DNA of 64,000 nt. Origin: the human T2T-CHM13v2.0 reference genome, Homo sapiens. The translations under genes and the position numbers were made by a program. Below, in pieces: positions 1 to 13,050 of the stretch (its first letter is position 1; each line of letters starts with the position of its first letter). The notes under the pieces are model-generated. The model saw nothing but the letters and a program-made list of their open reading frames with translations, had not been told where the DNA came from and ran no database searches. The stretch is from assembly GCF_009914755.1 (NCBI RefSeq), contig NC_060929.1; one strand, written 5' to 3'.

Positions 1-305
1 CTGGTTCAGAGTTCTTATTCTTTTAGGCCATTTCTCTCAGCTTTGTAAAACACACATTCCACTTAGATTCCTATGATAGCCTCATTCCTCCTGGTTTTAA
101 TGATGTTGGACATTTTTTATCCTCTTCTATATTTCTGTGGGCATATTAAGACTAACAGAGTTATACAAGAGATTTTTAATTTGAAATATAAGCTTGCCTT
201 AATTTTTTCTATTGTTAAGAAATTTATCAACACGATGTACATCTGAAGCATTCTTATATTGTTAGAATAATGTTTATGAAAAAAGCATTATTTGTTGAAA
301 ATAAT

Positions 306-500
306 CAGGGTTCTTCAACCTCAGCTCTTTTAACATTGCGGGTCCAATCTTTCTTTGTTGTGGGAAGCTGCCCTGTGTGTGGGAGGATGACTGGCCTCGC
401 TGTTGTCATCTACCAGATAGATGCTGGTTACACCCTACACCCAGCTGCAATGACTGAGTGTTTTGGGAGACATTGGAAACCTACCCTGGTTGTGAACCGA
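306..500 (-). mobile_element. MER20 hAT-Charlie DNA transposon relic
   Basis: cagggttcttcaacctcagc...ttctttgttgtggg...agatgctggttacacc...ggttgtgaacc resembles the reverse complement of the MER20 consensus, including degenerate termini. Confidence 0.75.
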
Positions 501-1949
501 CAATTTAAAACATCTCAATTCTCTATAGTCTATAAATGTATTTCTTGATTTTCCAGAGATCCCATAAATACTGGGAATGTTTCCCCACAAAGCAATTGGG
601 CATGTCTTTATTCGCTCTGCCTGAGAAGTGGTTATCTCCTTCCTCGCCCAGAAACAGATGCAATAATATATGCTAACAAATACATTGCATTATTCAACTT
701 GGATATTAAACATCCATTGACAGCAATTCATTAAATGACTATAGCCATATTAAATAGTCAGTGTAGCTATTTTACGTGGCATTATCTTGACATAATAGGC
801 CAGGCCATGGTTTTCTAGACATTTATTTTACTGGAAGTTCCTTCATATTTCATGTTCACCAGAGGAAGGGCATAGCAAGTTCAATTGTAATTCAATGGAT
901 TCTAGCATGAAAGCTATGGCTACAACAAATATAGGAAAGCAACAGCGAAGAAAGGAATAAAATACATATCTATACATATAAAATAATTGCATATTCACAT
1001 GCACAAACATATATTTTACGTTTTTATTTTTTAAAAAGTGACATTTTATGTTATTGATTAAATACAGTAATTATTTTATAATATTGTAGATTTATTTAGT
1101 AGTTTATTCTAATTATGTTTGCCATCTCCTTAAATTAAATTTCAAATATATCTATAACAGCTAATTATTTACTATATTTAACAATTTTTTTTGAATGTCA
1201 TGATAAGTTTTCTTTTGTTGCTGAGAAAAGGGCAAGCCTCCATTTTCCAGCAGAATACTATATCATATGCTATTTACATCAGGCTTTGAGTAATTTAGAA
1301 ATTGCTATAACTATAAATTTAAATGTGTGTTAATTGTATTCACAACAATAATACAAACATATATTGTTGATATTTAAATTTTTAATTATTATATACAAAT
1401 TTAACATATTTAAGTTATACTACAGCCAAACCAGTTTGTTCTCTAAAGATAATTATTTTCATATTCATATATCTATTTGCAGATCATGTTGGAGGTGTTT
1501 GCATATATAAATATTTATATATAAAATAAGAAATGTTACTTGAGAATTTTATTAAATGTTATATTAAATTACCATTTAATTTGCTTATTAAATATGTGTT
1601 CTCAAAATATTTCCATGTTAGGACACTGAAAACTACATAATTTTTTAAAGTGTCTGTAGGATATCATAGAAAACTGATTCTGAGTCCCTATAAGATTGTC
1701 AATATTTTCTTGTTGCTTTTAAAAAATAATGAATGAATTGCCATTTCTTATCTCAAGATAATAAACATATATTTTATGCATTTTCAATATTAAATATGTA
1801 TTTTATGATTTATTTGTTGTAGTGCAATATAGTAATTATCTTAGTTAATATTTTTTTCTAAATTGCTCCAATTATCTCAGCCTAATTTACTGAGAACTCT
1901 GTATTTTGCCATTGATTTAGAAAGCTTCCTTTCTCAGATGCTTTATCAC

Positions 1950-2213
1950 TATTTATTTGTGTTTAATTCTGCATCATTTCATCTGTTGTGTTTGATCTTC
2001 TTTTATGCTTCAAAGTTATTTTTACAGCTTTCAGTAGAACTTGATATATGCCAGAATAAAATACCCTTTTCCTTATGAAGGGTATTTATTTGTGTGTCTA
2101 ATTCTGCATAATTTCAACTGTTGTGTTTGATCTGCTTTTATGCTACGAAGTTATTTTTACAGCTTTCAGTAGAACTTGATATATGGCAGAATAAAATACC
2201 CTATTTCTTATGA
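1950..2213. repeat. Local tandem duplication, 2 x ~130 bp, roughly 90% identical
   Basis: tatttatttgtg...aagttatttttacagctttcagtagaacttgatatatg...cttatga occurs at 1950-2078 and again at 2083-2213. Confidence 0.95.
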
Positions 2214-3061
2214 CTATTCACAATGTGCTTTAATTTTGCATTGTTGAGTAAATAAACGTAAAAGACTCAACAGCACATGTAAGAGCCATGGAACAGCATT
2301 TATAGATAAAATGTCTAGAGAAAGAATAGAAGTGATCTCGTTTCTTTATTCCTCATCATAACATTGGGTTGTTAACAGGGACTTAGCAAAATTGAACCTC
2401 ATCATTTTGATAAGAGATTTAGGACTATGATACTTAGAATTTTTGTAGTTGAGAGTTTTAAATTACCTCTGCTTCATGGAGAAAAGTTGCCCATAGTCTG
2501 TCCATCCCCTTATCATTAAGAATGAAGTGGTGAGTTTCAACGGCCCTTTCTTTGGTCTCATTAGGGACTGGGGTCCAAGTAGGCATACAACTGTGAAATC
2601 TGTCAGATTTATGCAACCTTAATGTTCTATGATTTCAGTCCTTTATTCAGTGATAGGAGGTTTTTCTGTCATCCAAGGGTTTCATTTTTCAATTGCTCCT
2701 ACTCTATATGAGATCAAAGACTCAGAGATGCAAGACATCTTGCAAATAATAAATTTCAGATGTTAACTTTTGTCATGTCTTATATATTAATATAGAATAA
2801 GGTGGTAAACTGTTTAAAAGTCTTAAGATTTTTAAATAGTTGACTCTGAGTTTGAAGGTGGGAGAGGAATTGGAGAAGTGGTATCTCCCAAGGGGAGGAT
2901 TAAAGATTTTTCATTTGTGATAAAAGTTGATATTCCAGCTAATCCAGATCTACTTTTATGGCTTTTATTTAGAAAAAGGAGTATAGAGATAGTGAATATA
3001 TTTTATCTTCATTTAAATAGAAGACACACAGAGAAAATAAAGAAGCATGGAAAAGACAAGG

Positions 3062-3383
3062 TGTCATGGACTGTACGTTTGTGTTCCATCAAAAGTCTCA
3101 TGCTGAAGCCTTCACCCTCAATGTGTTGGTATTTGGACATAGGGCCTATGGGAGGTACTTAAGGTGAGATTAGATAATGAGGATGGAGCCCTCACCATGG
3201 CATTAGTGGCTTTACAAGAGAAAAAGGAAAAGGGATTTCTCTCTCTCTCTTTCTGCGTCCATGCTCTTGCAGCAAGGAAAGGCTATGTGAGGACACGGTG
3301 AGAAGGCAACCATCTTCATACTAGGAAAAGGGCCTTCACTAGGAAGCTCCAGCAGCGTCAAAAAGAAATGTCTTTTGTTTAAG
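3062..3383 (+). mobile_element. MLT1A-like MaLR solo LTR (decayed)
   Basis: caatgtgttggtatttgga...gggcc...gtgaggacacggtgagaaggcaaccatct motifs typical of MLT1A/A0. Confidence 0.7.
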
Positions 3384-3394
3384 ACAAAAGATGT

Positions 3395-4570
3395 AAAGTG
3401 TGACATCAATAATATAAAAGGGGGTTTGAGATTAAGTAAAAGGGCAGATATTTTGGATGCAATTGAAGTTGTTATAAGCTTAAACTTAAAATGGACTGTT
3501 ACAATTATAACATGTTTTCATGGTAACCCTAAAAAAAAACTGTAGTAAATTTATAAAATATAATGAGGAATAAATCAAATACCACTACAAAAACAATCAA
3601 CAAATCACAAAGGAAGACAGCAAGACAGGAAAAAAGGAAGTACAAATCACACAGAAAACAATTAACAAAACGGCAAAAAATGCAAATGTGCCTAACTAGT
3701 AGATTAAACAATAGGGATAGCTAGATTGCATTATGACATAAGTTTATAATTTAGCAACATGATCTTATGTGACATCTTTCATAATTGCAAAGGAATATAA
3801 TTCTAAAGACAAGAAATATACCAAAGGAATACTAAAAGAAGACTGCTTTAGACTATCATTTTGTTACAATAACACACTATAAATAAAAATGTTTTATTAG
3901 GGAATAAAGAAGATCCTGGTATAAGGTTACTATTTTATAAATAAGGTATGGTACAATTCACTAGAAAATTATATGTATACATATGTAACTAACCTGCACG
4001 TTGTGCACATGTACCCTAAAACTTAAAGTATAATAATAATAAAATAAAAAGAAAATTATATGACTATTAATGTATACACTTAATAACTTAGTCTAAAATA
4101 TGTAAAAAGCAAAAAAGTCACAAATCACAGCATTACTAGGAAAAAATTTACATCTTAAATCTTACCATACCTCTGAGTAACTATAAATAAAACAGGAAAT
4201 TATCAAATATGTACGATTTCAATAACACAATTAACAAAGTTGATCTAATACTCCACAATTGGGAAAGATCCATGTTTTGAAAAGCACAATACTTCTAAGA
4301 AGTTGGAGTAGATTCATTTTTCCTATTTTTCCCACTGAGGTTAGATAAAAACCCTTGGACATTATATGTAAACATAACAAAATTCTGAAGAATAGAAAGA
4401 AGAAAACAGACAGCTAAGGGGCTTTGAGACCAAACATGCTAAAATAGAAAAATCACATGCTTACATCAAATTATACCAAAATAAGAATTTGATAAAATTC
4501 AGCACCCATTTATGATTTTTTAAGTCTTATAAAGTTAGGAATAGAGAAAGTTTCCTCAACTTAGTAATAT
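3395..4570 (+). mobile_element. Old L1M fragments (ORF1 end and ORF2 pieces)
   Basis: A-rich strand; ORF2-like aaaatcacatg...tttgataaaattcagcacccatttatgat...ggaatagag...ttcctcaactt at ~4450-4565. Confidence 0.55.
3976..4049 (+). mobile_element. Extremely 5'-truncated L1PA (L1PA3-like) insertion, ~74 bp, with 13-bp TSD
   Basis: L1 3' terminus tatacatatgtaactaacctgcacgttgtgcacatgtaccctaaaacttaaagtataataa plus A-rich tail; TSD agaaaattatatg at 3963-3975 and 4050-4062. Confidence 0.9.
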
Positions 4571-4599
4571 TAACATATAATATATAGCAGGTCTAGAGT

Positions 4600-5339
4600 T
4601 TTATTATTTGTTTTCTATTTCTCTTTCTGTGATCCTCCTTTTCTGCCTTCTTTGGTATTAATTTATTTTTAAAATAATTTTAATGAAATCTATATGTATG
4701 TGTGTGTGTATGTTTTGGGGAGATGGGTGTTTAAGTTACAACTAAGTTAAGTTAAATGGTAATTTCAGGCATTAAATGTATATTCTTATTTATAAAACTT
4801 TTATTATTGTTAAGGTTGTAACACAACACAAAACATATATTCATTAGTTTAATTTTACTAAAATGTGTGTATGTGTATAAATTCAATGAAATTTCATAAA
4901 ATTTTTGATATAAACGGTTATATACAAGATTATGAAATTCAGAAAAGTTGTGTGTGTTTGTATGTGTGTAAAACCATCTTATGTAGCTGAGTTTCAGTCT
5001 GGTTTCATTTTTCTTCAGATTGAAAATCATGCTGTAACTGTCCTTATAGTGAAGGTCTTCTGATAAAAAATATATAATATTTTAATTGAGAATGTTTTCA
5101 TTTCCCCTTCAGTTTTGAAAAATATGTTCACTCATGTAGAACTCTTGATTGACATTTTGCCTTTCTTTACATTTAGCACTTTAAGATGTTGTGTCTGGAT
5201 GTATAATTTCTGACAAGAAGTCAATAGTGTTTTAGAAATTGTTGTCACTCTATACATAATGGTTTTTACCTCTCCCTATATATTTTGGATGTTATTTTTA
5301 GATTTTAAATATGTAATTGAAATATGAAAATGATATTCG

Positions 5340-5376
<37 letters not shown>

Positions 5377-6230
5377 GATCCAGGGTGTTCTAGCTTTTAA
5401 ACCCATGAATTAATGCATTTAACCAAATTGAATAAAAGGTCAAGTATTATTTTTTCAATATTTTTACTTCATTTTTCTCTCTTCTCCTTCTGCAACTTGA
5501 ATTTCAAGCATGTTGGACCATCTAAGATTATCCCATGACTCTGTTTAATTTTGTTTTGTATCTGTTTTTTACTCTCTTCGAAATGCATAACTTCTTTTGA
5601 TTTTCTATAGCTTACTGATTCTTATTTCATCTTCTTTCTGTAGTTAATCTCATAGAGTATTTATTTTTCCATTTCAGCTATTTTATTTTTCTGTTTCTAA
5701 AATTTCCTTTTTAGTTATTTTTTATTAATTCTACTTTTATGCTGAGATTTCCTGTATTTTTTTTACTACCTCCACAATTTATTTCACCTCTTTAAGCATA
5801 GTCATAATGGACATTTTAAAATCATTGCCCACTGATTCTAAAGATCATATTGGTTGCATTTTCTCTTGAGAACAGATAATTTTCTTTTCCTCTAACATTG
5901 AGTAAATTTTATTACATTCTACATATTGTGAGTGATGTGTTAGAAGCACTCTAGATTCTGCTACGTTCATCCAAAGAGTAATGGTTTTTTAATAGGTAGC
6001 TAACATTTCAGAAATTAAATTCTGCCTCCCCTATAGTGTGTAGTAGCACTGAAATATGAATTTAGTTCTTGTAGTTGAAATTTGGCCTCTTAGAATACAT
6101 GCTGGAATCAGCCGGAGATGTAAGCAGTATTCATAGCAAAATTTAGATTCTCCCTGACTAAATCTCTCCATTCTAGAATTCACTCCTTTCCTTCAGTGGT
6201 GGTTTTGTTGTGAGCAAGTGGAATTTTAGA
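4600..6230 (-). mobile_element. Old L1M (ORF1/5' region), decayed
   Basis: T-rich strand with antisense L1M ORF1-type motifs, e.g. tttctgacaagaagtcaatag and gtcataatggacattttaaaatcattgcc. Confidence 0.5.
5343..5374. repeat. (TG)16 microsatellite
   Basis: Direct reading of the sequence. Confidence 0.95.
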
Positions 6231-7017
6231 AAATATTTTAGTGTTGTAATTGGCCATATATTTGAAATGTGCTATCATAAGAAAAAAGGAAACATGTGTA
6301 CCTAACACGAGTCTAAAGATAAACTTAGAACAATTAAAACAATCCAGTACCTTGGTCAAACAAAATACATTTGTTAAACCATTTTTTTAAATTCTATCAA
6401 AACAATGTACACTTCTAAAACTGATATACAATCTAAGTCCAATTTGATATCAATTGTAACCCATCATAAAAACATTTTGTTGTTCAAAAAAGTTGTATAT
6501 GAATGGCTTCATTCAAGAAAAACAAAGATTTCCTCCGTTTTCTGCCTTAGTCATTTTTAGGTAACTAAAGCAAGGAGCTACCTACCATTCTAACATCATC
6601 TTCCAGAATTTACTATTTTTGTAGACAGAAATATTTACTTGAATCTTCTCCTGAATCACTTCTTCTGTAGCTTCTCTCTAAAGCCAATTATTCTTATATC
6701 CAGCTGTTCAATCATCTTCCACCCACCCTGGCAAGAGATTTCTGCTCTTTTTGAGATCATGGAAAATTGTATGTGGGACTCGCCTTACTTCCTTTTGACC
6801 CTCCATTCCTTCATTCCCCTGAACACCGCCATACCTCACTGTAAAGGCATGTTTCAGTTTTTTCAAAGGAGACCATGAGTAGACCCCAGGGCTAATACAT
6901 TCAATACAGTATAAACAGTTTAGAATATGTAGAATGAAAAACGTTACCTTACTTAGGTATTTTTGTAAACCACAATTAACTTTTGTGTATTTTTTAAAAT
7001 ATATGAAAAACATTACC

Positions 7018-7418
7018 TTTCATGCGCGTCCGTGTGAAGAGACCACCAAACAGGCTTTGTGTGAGCAATAAAGCTTTTAATCACCTGGGTGCAGGCGGGC
7101 TGAGTCCGAAAAGAGAGTCAGCGAAGGGAGATAGGATGGGGCTGTTTTATAGGATTTGGGTAGGTAAAGGAAAAAGGGGGGTTGTTCTCTGGCGGGCAGG
7201 AGTGGGGGTCACAAGGTACTCAGTAGGGGAGCTTTTGAGCCAGGATGAGCCAGGAGAAGGAATTTCACAAGACAATGTCATCAGTTAAGGCAGGAACAGG
7301 CCATTTTCACTTCTTTTGTGGTGGAATGTCATCAGTTAAGGCAGGAACCGGCCATCTGGATGTGTACGTGCAGGTCACAGGGGATATGATGGCTTAGCTT
7401 GGGCTCAGAGGCCTGACA
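7018..7418 (-). mobile_element. HERV-H solo LTR (LTR7, LTR7up-like) with 5-bp TSD
   Basis: Reverse complement begins TGTCAGGCCTCTGAGCCCAAGCTAAGCC and ends GGACGCGCATGAAA; TSD ttacc at 7013-7017 and 7419-7423; internal CCTGCCTTAACTGATGACATT duplication. Confidence 0.95.
7145..7319 (-). promoter_or_regulatory. LTR7 U3 promoter elements: TATA box (CTATAAAA, 7145-7152) and SOX2/3-type ACAAAAGA motif (7312-7319)
   Basis: Both motifs read directly on the minus strand; activity is inferred from known LTR7 biology. Confidence 0.6.
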
Positions 7419-9634
7419 TTACCTTACTCGGTTATTTTTGTAAACCACAATTAACTTTTGTGTATTTTTAAGTATATTTTAAAATAACTTGGCAATTATT
7501 ACATTAAAAGGCATTAGTTCAATCAATTATAAACCCTTTTGACAAATGATGAAACTGAGGTTTAGAGAAATAATGAAAGGCTGAAGATCAATGTAGATTT
7601 TCTGTGCAACCACATTCACTTAAATGTAGAAACTGAAAACTTAAATCATTTCTATCAATCCTTTCAGTACAGATTCAATTTCAGAGAACTTACTTTGTAG
7701 TTTAGATATCACTACGATAACATCATTTAAAAAAAGATTATAAATTAACTTGAACCATCTGTCCATTTGTAAAAGGATAGCTTTTAAATTCAAAGAAACA
7801 AGCCTGTCTTCTTAAATTAAGCTATCTCAAACAAAAAATATGTGCTCACTAGTGCGATTTCTGTAGCGGATCTATGCCAAATATTTTCAGTCCTTCTCTA
7901 TGTATTTATCACAATTGCACTTGTCAAACTGTTAAAAATTATATTCATGGTAATAAACAAATCACATTTTTTGGTTATTTATTTTTTAATCTAAATTTTG
8001 TTTTCACTTTTACATCTCTCAATTCTCAAGAGAGCAGAATGTTATGCTCTCTATCAAATAATTTTAATAGAGTTTTTTTACAGTTATTTATTTGTTATCT
8101 ATAGATAACATCCAATTTTATTAGGGGATACCTGTTGAGAATTAGACTCATATGCTATTTTATTCCTTATTTTGTTTTTAACCTTATATTTCTAGCTATT
8201 TATAAAATAAAAGAAGTATCAGGCAAAATTAAGAAATTATTTTAACAATAAGCAAAATATAATTAACTCTAATTTTAAAACTTCATTTGTGTAAATAAAA
8301 TAGCAACTAATGTTCTTCTGTAATAATATTTTGTTTAGCCACTATCATCAACACAAGGTTTTTTCTCTAGACAATAAGACTTGCATTTTTGGTGCACATT
8401 GAAAGGAATACAATAAGAATAAGTGATGAAGATCTTACTACATATGTATTGATGTTGTGGTAAGCCACTTACGTTTCAATTTAAATCTAAATTATACATT
8501 AAAACATAGATATTTAATTTGTATCAACATTATGAAAAATATCAGTAATTACTGAGTGGAGGAAGTAAAATTTTAATATGAAACCATTATTGCTTGAATA
8601 GTATACATATTTAGGTTTTTTAAAAATTAAAAAAGGCAAAGAAGCTGAAATATCAAAAAAAGAATTTCCACTTAAAATTTACATGTTAATTTTAAGATAG
8701 CACTTGTCTGTCTATATTCGTATTGAGGTTTTCTATGTATATATTCTTATTCACCAGAGACTTTCAGCAATGCATGCAAGCTATCAAGGCTCATAAATTT
8801 AACATCATAATTAAAAACAATAAAATGGAACAAAGAAAATAGAAATGATCCGATTCTATTGATCAGTTTACAGTTAGAGCTTTTTTGTGAAACTTTTTTT
8901 TAAGGTGGATGTAATAGATAATTCACAGGAAGGGAATGAAACACAATAAAGATGTATATTAGTACAGAGTACACATTAAGATATTATACATATATATTTA
9001 TGTACTTATGTGTACATATTTGTGTATATCTTTCTGTGTATATATATAATAACATTTTGAATATATACTGTACTACTCAACATATTTACATTTTGCATAT
9101 TTAAATTCATTCCTGAGATTTATGTATGTTTTTGGAAACACTTGGCATAGCTAATGTTAACGTGATAAATAAATCATATGTATGTTTATATGCCATTCTT
9201 CATTGAACTCCAGGTGAATGCTACCTTATATTTTTAAACATTTTTTATATAGTGATTTGGAGCTTGTGGCAAAGCCATCTAGGGATATTAGAGAGGGTTC
9301 CTCAGCACCCAGCACTTAATTGGAACAGCATGTATTTTTAAAAAGGAAAACTCTCCCCATTTCCCAGTTTGCATGCTAAAACTGTTCCCCTAGGCATGCT
9401 TCAGTTCCTCTCTGTTTCCTTACTTTAAATATGCATGGAGAAGTAAAGTGACAGTTGTTTTGCAAATTTGGGATTGAGTCACTGGGCATGTTCAACTCTG
9501 TTTGCTTTTGCTCCTCTTAAACCTTAACTGCTTTCAACTCTAGGCTTTTCCTACGCAAGGAGGCCTATTTGAAGCAGCGCTGTTTGAGCATGAAGTGTGC
9601 AAGGATAGCATTTCTAATTCTGGGATAATACTCC

Positions 9635-10126
9635 TGCCGAGCCCAGCTTGGTCGTGGAGACCCTAACCCAGCAGCGCTAGAGGAATTAAGACAAAGACAC
9701 AGGAATAGAGTATAAAGGGGGAATCAGGTGGCTGACAGCCTTCAGAGCTGAGAGCCACGAACAGTCTGACCCACACATTTATTGACAGAAAGCCAGTGAT
9801 AAGCATAGTTTCTATAGATTATAGATTAGCTAAAAGCATTCCTTATGGGAAACAAAGCATTCTTAGCAAGGAGCAGAGAAACAGGCCCTGGCTGATTTTC
9901 TGCAGCAAAAGCATGTTGTTAGGGCACAGGCTGCTCCTGCTACTGTTTGTAGTTTGAGTAGTTTTCCGCTCCAGGCGGACCAGGTTTTCCTAGCCCTGCT
10001 CCAGTAAACCAACAACTTCTAGCAGTGTGCGTGATCGCCATCACGAGCGTGTCACATTGCTGCAGAAATCCTGTTTATGGACAGTTTCTTTAAGGCTTAT
10101 GACAGGGTTAGGGCTTGCTACCAGCA
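9635..10126 (-). mobile_element. MER9 (MER9B-like) solo LTR, ERVK/HML-3
   Basis: tgccgagcccagcttggtcgtggagaccctaacccagcagcgctagaggaatta matches the reverse complement of the MER9 3' end; TG...CA termini; imperfect TSD actcc/actct. Confidence 0.85.
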
Positions 10127-10164
10127 ACTCTACTTCTCTTTCTCAGCAATAAGAGTGATTCTGG

Positions 10165-10541
<377 letters not shown>

Positions 10542-12089
10542 TTATTGGGTATCAAACATATGGTGGAGACTCCAGACATGTGGCAGTTTCTATACAGGTA
10601 GCGCAGGGTGGAAGTACAGTGTCTCTGACAGGCGTCAGAGAAAGAGCACAAATGTCTGAGAATTCATGGGCTAGAGGCCTAATGAGCATTTTCAGCTAAG
10701 GCAAGAATTAAAGAGAGAGGGTAGCAGGTACCACAGGAAGTCTCACAGCTACAAACTGCAGGACTAGTAGGTTCAGAGGCAAACTTGGATATGGGGGAAA
10801 TAATCTTTATAAGGCTTTTAAGCATTGCATAGTTTGCCAAAAAAAGCATGTGATGCCTTTAAACTGGAAGACACTGAATTCCCATGAGCTACAAAATATT
10901 GGAGAGTTTCTACCTTTACATGATCAGTGCCACATTAAATAGGCAGCATTAACCCACCGTTCTATGTTCTATTCTATATTCAAGACTGGGGAAGGAGGCC
11001 TGGAAGGGCTATGCTTTGATCTACTCTTGTCCACAAACTCACAGAATGGCATTTTGATGTTTGTTATTTGTGCTTTCATTCAACTTTGGAATTTTACAAA
11101 TTAAACTTCTAGTATTCAAAAAAAAAAAACTTTAAAAAATTGAACTTATCTAAACTTTAATATCTTTGAACTTTAAATTTCAAGAGGGAGTATTTTTGAG
11201 ACCTTGGCGCACCTCCAAATTTTATTTTAATGCTATTATTTATTCTCATAGAAGAAGTCCATGCATTATTTTCAACATAGTGGTTAAGCATAATTTAGAA
11301 AAGGGAGTAGAATAAGGTGTGAAAATTCAGCCTTGGATACAGACTGTCCTTGAGTTTGATTTCCAAATGAACTATTCTGATCCACGTAGGATCTTTCCAG
11401 GTAAACCTTCTGAACAGAAATTGGACAGTGTACTTAAAGGTGTCAGTGTCATAGTTTGAATTGAAGAAATGACTTCATAAAGTTGGGGTGAATACTGTCC
11501 TAGTAAATTGCTCAACACCTCCTCTGGTTGACTACAAGTGTTAAAGTTTAGCCCAGTGACTGAAGAGAAGGAAAATATTTTAACAGCATGTTACAAGGGA
11601 ACCAATTTTCCCACTTATAGTTTCAGTTCAAGCTTCAATCAGCCTTTCTTTCCATGCTTAGAGCACTCTAATTTTTTTCAGCTACTCTCAGAACAGATTC
11701 AAGGTTTTGGGTTATTATGAACCTTGTCTTTTAACTAGATCTTTTTGACTCCCTCTTAGCTCTCACTCTCAAGTTCCTTTGATCTAATCTAGTCTCATCC
11801 CAGCATCTCTTTCCATATTGCCTCAAATAAATCTTTATAGAATGAAGCTACTCATTAAACCAGTTTATAAAATGGCAATACATATACAGAAATAGGGCAA
11901 AAAATAAAATACATAACAAAAGCAATCTGTTAAGATAAGCAATATGCAAAAAACTCAGTGTTGAATACGTTATTAATTTTCAGCAGTTATACAGATTTTT
12001 CTGGTATAACTTTTTATTCAAAAACTTTACTTCTTTGTTTTACTTACAATTTTAATATTAAAAAAAATCTAAGAGTGATTCTAGGTTTG

Positions 12090-12470
12090 ATGGAATAGAG
12101 CTGTGGTTAAGACATGCTAGGTCCCAGCTCTCAGAGTATATTTTAATGGGAGGGAGAAGAAACAAATTTAAAATGACAACTAATAAATAATTTCCAATAC
12201 AAATATTGCCTAAATATATACTAAAATAATTTTCATACGATTTCAAGTACTATAAAAGAGGGCGGGGAATTTTTGCCTTTGAGAGGAGATCTGGATATAA
12301 GCGATCATGCAAAGCTCTGTGGGAAGAGATACTTTGGCAGAATAAAAGCATTCTCCAGGATTCTGTGACTGAAAGAAGCGTGCTGTGTTCAAGAATCAGG
12401 AAATAGGCCTGTGATGCTGAATGTTAGTGAAGAAGGAGGGAGCACTGTGAAATTTAATTAGAGAGGTAGA
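12090..12470. mobile_element. L2 fragment (decayed)
   Basis: Purine-rich gggaagag...ggcaga...tgtgttcaagaatcagg...ggcctgtgatgctgaatg motifs typical of L2. Confidence 0.4.
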
Positions 12471-13050
12471 GTACCACACAAAATTTATGATACAAAAGCA
12501 GAAATTGTCTCTGACCAAATTATGCAGACAGTGAATGTAATGGAAAGATATTGGAATTGCAGAGAATTGACAAGAAAAATTCAGGCTACAGCTTCCAACA
12601 CAGCCATTAATGTGCTACTTCGTCAGCCTGAGAAGGAGGTCACAACTGGCTTCATTGTGTCTACATCTGCGTCACCACTGCCTGGACTCTGCCTTCTCAC
12701 ATCACTCTTTCAAAGCTCAAAGAAACAAGTCTGAATGCTCAACTTGATCCTGTCATAATATAGTTGCCAGGAAGAAAAGGAAAGCAAATGTCTGTGTCTC
12801 CCCTACAGTTTTCCATAGACACAGGTGGGGGCCTATTGTACAGCAATCAATGCACCATGAGAATATCACCCCAAGTGGGAAGGAATTCATGATGCTGGGT
12901 GAGCCAAAATATAAAATGTCCATTACGTGGCCCTTTTATTGGCTGCTCTACATCCACATCTACACCTCTACATTAAACTTTAGGAAAAAAAATGCTTCTA
13001 CTTAACTACTGTAGCCCTTTTTTCCTTCTATTGTTCTCCAGATATCAGTA

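Larger units (their letters stand above)
6934..7478. repeat. 69-bp tandem duplication whose second unit is interrupted by the LTR7
   Basis: atgaaaaac(g/a)ttaccttact...tatttttgtaaaccacaattaacttttgtgtattttt at 6934-7002, and at 7003-7017 continuing at 7424-7478. Confidence 0.85.

Noticed and set aside
540-960. Possible exon or conserved element in non-repeat sequence
   Set aside because: No convincing splice-site pair or ORF; conservation cannot be judged from the sequence alone
6944-7478. Apparent ~60-bp TSD around the LTR7
   Set aside because: The real TSD is 5 bp (ttacc); the longer match is an older, diverged tandem duplication
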